IMG/VR virus record: IMGVR_UViG_2703718791_000016 | Source of the DNA: a virus | Lineage: Duplodnaviria; Heunggongvirae; Uroviricota; Caudoviricetes | DNA: 7,633 nt | Reading direction: 5' to 3' (one strand) | Shown here: positions 7,045 to 7,633 of the stretch, in pieces | Numbering within the stretch: the first letter of the stretch is position 1 | Layout of the letters: each line of letters opens with the position of its first letter | Program-made: the position numbers and the translations under genes | Notes under the pieces: model-generated | Database searches by the model: none | The model's input: the letters and a program-made list of their open reading frames with translations, nothing else | Told to the model about the DNA's origin: nothing

Positions 7045-7101
7045 AGCCTGCTTCTCCTTGCCTTTCGGCACGTAAGAGGCTAACCTACATGTGTCTAGCA
7101 T
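6889..7101 (-). CDS. mok: Mok-like in-frame N-terminally extended reading frame (70 codons) overlapping hok
   Basis: ATG at 7099-7101 with GAGG 8-9 nt upstream, giving a 19-codon in-frame extension of hok. This parallels the mokC (69 aa) / hokC (50 aa) arrangement in E. coli K-12 as I recall it. Confidence 0.45.
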   Translation of the reverse strand: MLDTCRLASYVPKGKEKQAMKQQKAMLIALIVICLTVIVTALVTRKDLCEVRIRTGQTEVAVFTAYEPEE

Positions 7102-7167
7102 GAAATTGGCCTCAGATTAATGTTAAGCGTCTTGCAGGACGCGTAATGTTAACTGGGGCTTTTCTCT
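7093..7167 (+). ncRNA. sok: Candidate Sok-like antisense RNA covering the mok translation-initiation region
   Basis: Plus-strand promoter-like TTGCCT (7058-7063), 17 bp spacer, TAACCT (7081-7086). The predicted transcript is antisense to the mok SD and start. A nested hairpin (GCGTC/GACGC at 7127-7142, enclosed by 7109-7115 pairing with 7153-7159) is followed by TTTTCTCT. Boundaries are approximate and unverified. Confidence 0.3.
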
Positions 7168-7284
7168 ATCTGCCTTTGGTGTTCATGCCTGAGACAGATA
7201 GCCTCAAGCACCCGCAGCCATTCTACTTAACTCCCGTTACCCCGCCAATATGAAATCAGTCAGAAAGGCGATCCATAAGAATAA

Positions 7285-7312
7285 TGAACCGCCCCGGGTT
7301 TCCTGGAGAGTA
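7285..7312. repeat. Terminal inverted repeat (IRR) of the IS3-family element
   Basis: TGAACCGCCCCGGGTTTCCTGGAGAGTA lies at the element boundary, 15 bp outside the transposase stop. The exact IR length was not determined. Confidence 0.55.
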
Positions 7313-7326
7313 TTTTATCTGTGAAC

Positions 7327-7633
7327 TCAGGCTGCCAGATCATTATTTCCGATGGAAGCATAATAAGCTTTTTCTGCTTCTGCCGGAGGAATATGGCCCA
7401 GCCTTTCCAGCAATCGTCGATTGTTATACCAGTCCACCCACGTTCGTGTGGCCAGTTCCACTTCTGTCCGGTTTTTCCAGCTATTACGGTGTATTACCTC
7501 CGCTTTGTAAAGACCATTGATGCTCTCAGCCATCGCGTTGTCATACGAGTCGCCAGTACTCCCTGTTGATGCCAGTAATCCGGCTTCCTTAAGCCGCTGC
7601 GCGTAGGCCAGCGATACATACTGAGAACCTTTA
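7327..7633 (-). CDS. IS3-family transposase OrfB (rve/DDE integrase core), C-terminal ~101 codons; 5' part beyond window end
   Basis: Minus-strand frame is open from the window edge: KGSQYVSLAYAQRLKEAGLLASTGSTGDSYDNAMAESINGLYKAEVIHRNSWKNR...LGHIPPAEAEKAYYASIGNNDLAA, stop at 7327-7329. The DSYDNAxAES region carries the conserved third acidic residue of the DDE triad. The ORF track shows only the 68-aa Met-initiated tail. Confidence 0.85.
   Translation of the reverse strand, partial: KGSQYVSLAYAQRLKEAGLLASTGSTGDSYDNAMAESINGLYKAEVIHRNSWKNRTEVELATRTWVDWYNNRRLLERLGHIPPAEAEKAYYASIGNNDLAA

Larger units (their letters stand above)
7285..7633 (-). mobile_element. IS3-family insertion sequence (IS629/IS1203-like), right end; element continues beyond window end
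   Basis: Terminal sequence TGAACCGCCCCGGGTTTCCTGGAGAG starts at 7285 (TG... terminus typical of IS3-family inverted repeats; the first 14 nt match the IS629 end as I remember it). A transposase C-terminus is encoded immediately inside. Confidence 0.8.

Noticed and set aside
7284-7569. Plus-strand ORFs 7284-7520 and 7321-7569
   Set aside because: They are antisense to the IS3-family transposase frame, which carries the conserved DSYDNA...E integrase motif.
1-7633. CRISPR array or other regular direct-repeat array
   Set aside because: No periodically spaced repeats of 25-40 bp were seen; the only repeats are short AT-rich motifs and isolated hairpins.

Overview
This window reads as a lambdoid prophage segment of the E. 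coli Qin / Stx-phage type, with every credible gene on the minus strand. Right to left: the end of an IS3-family (IS629-like) element; a hok/mok/sok-type type I toxin-antitoxin locus (HokD-like); an 83-aa Rem-like ORF; a 92-aa unknown ORF translationally coupled to a DUF968/YdfU-like protein with a C-terminal HNH-like Cys/His motif; RusA Holliday-junction resolvase; a Q21/QuuD-family late antiterminator followed by a tR'-like terminator; a 65-aa putative winged-helix ORF with its own terminator; a beta-class N6-adenine DNA methyltransferase (DPPY near the N-terminus, FxGxG near the C-terminus); a 1.2-kb AT-rich stretch with no convincing ORF; and the 5' part of a NanS-p-type sialate O-acetylesterase running off the window start. 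The AT-rich stretch sits exactly where Stx phages carry tRNA genes and stxAB, but I found no stx, no tRNA, no rRNA and no CRISPR. The most interesting items are that empty-looking cargo slot (with a small hydrophobic peptide ORF convergent on the methylase), the orphan methylase with its upstream HTH ORF and palindrome, and the hok locus with an IS end about 240 bp upstream. All identifications come from reading motifs and synteny by eye and from memory; no database search or folding was run.
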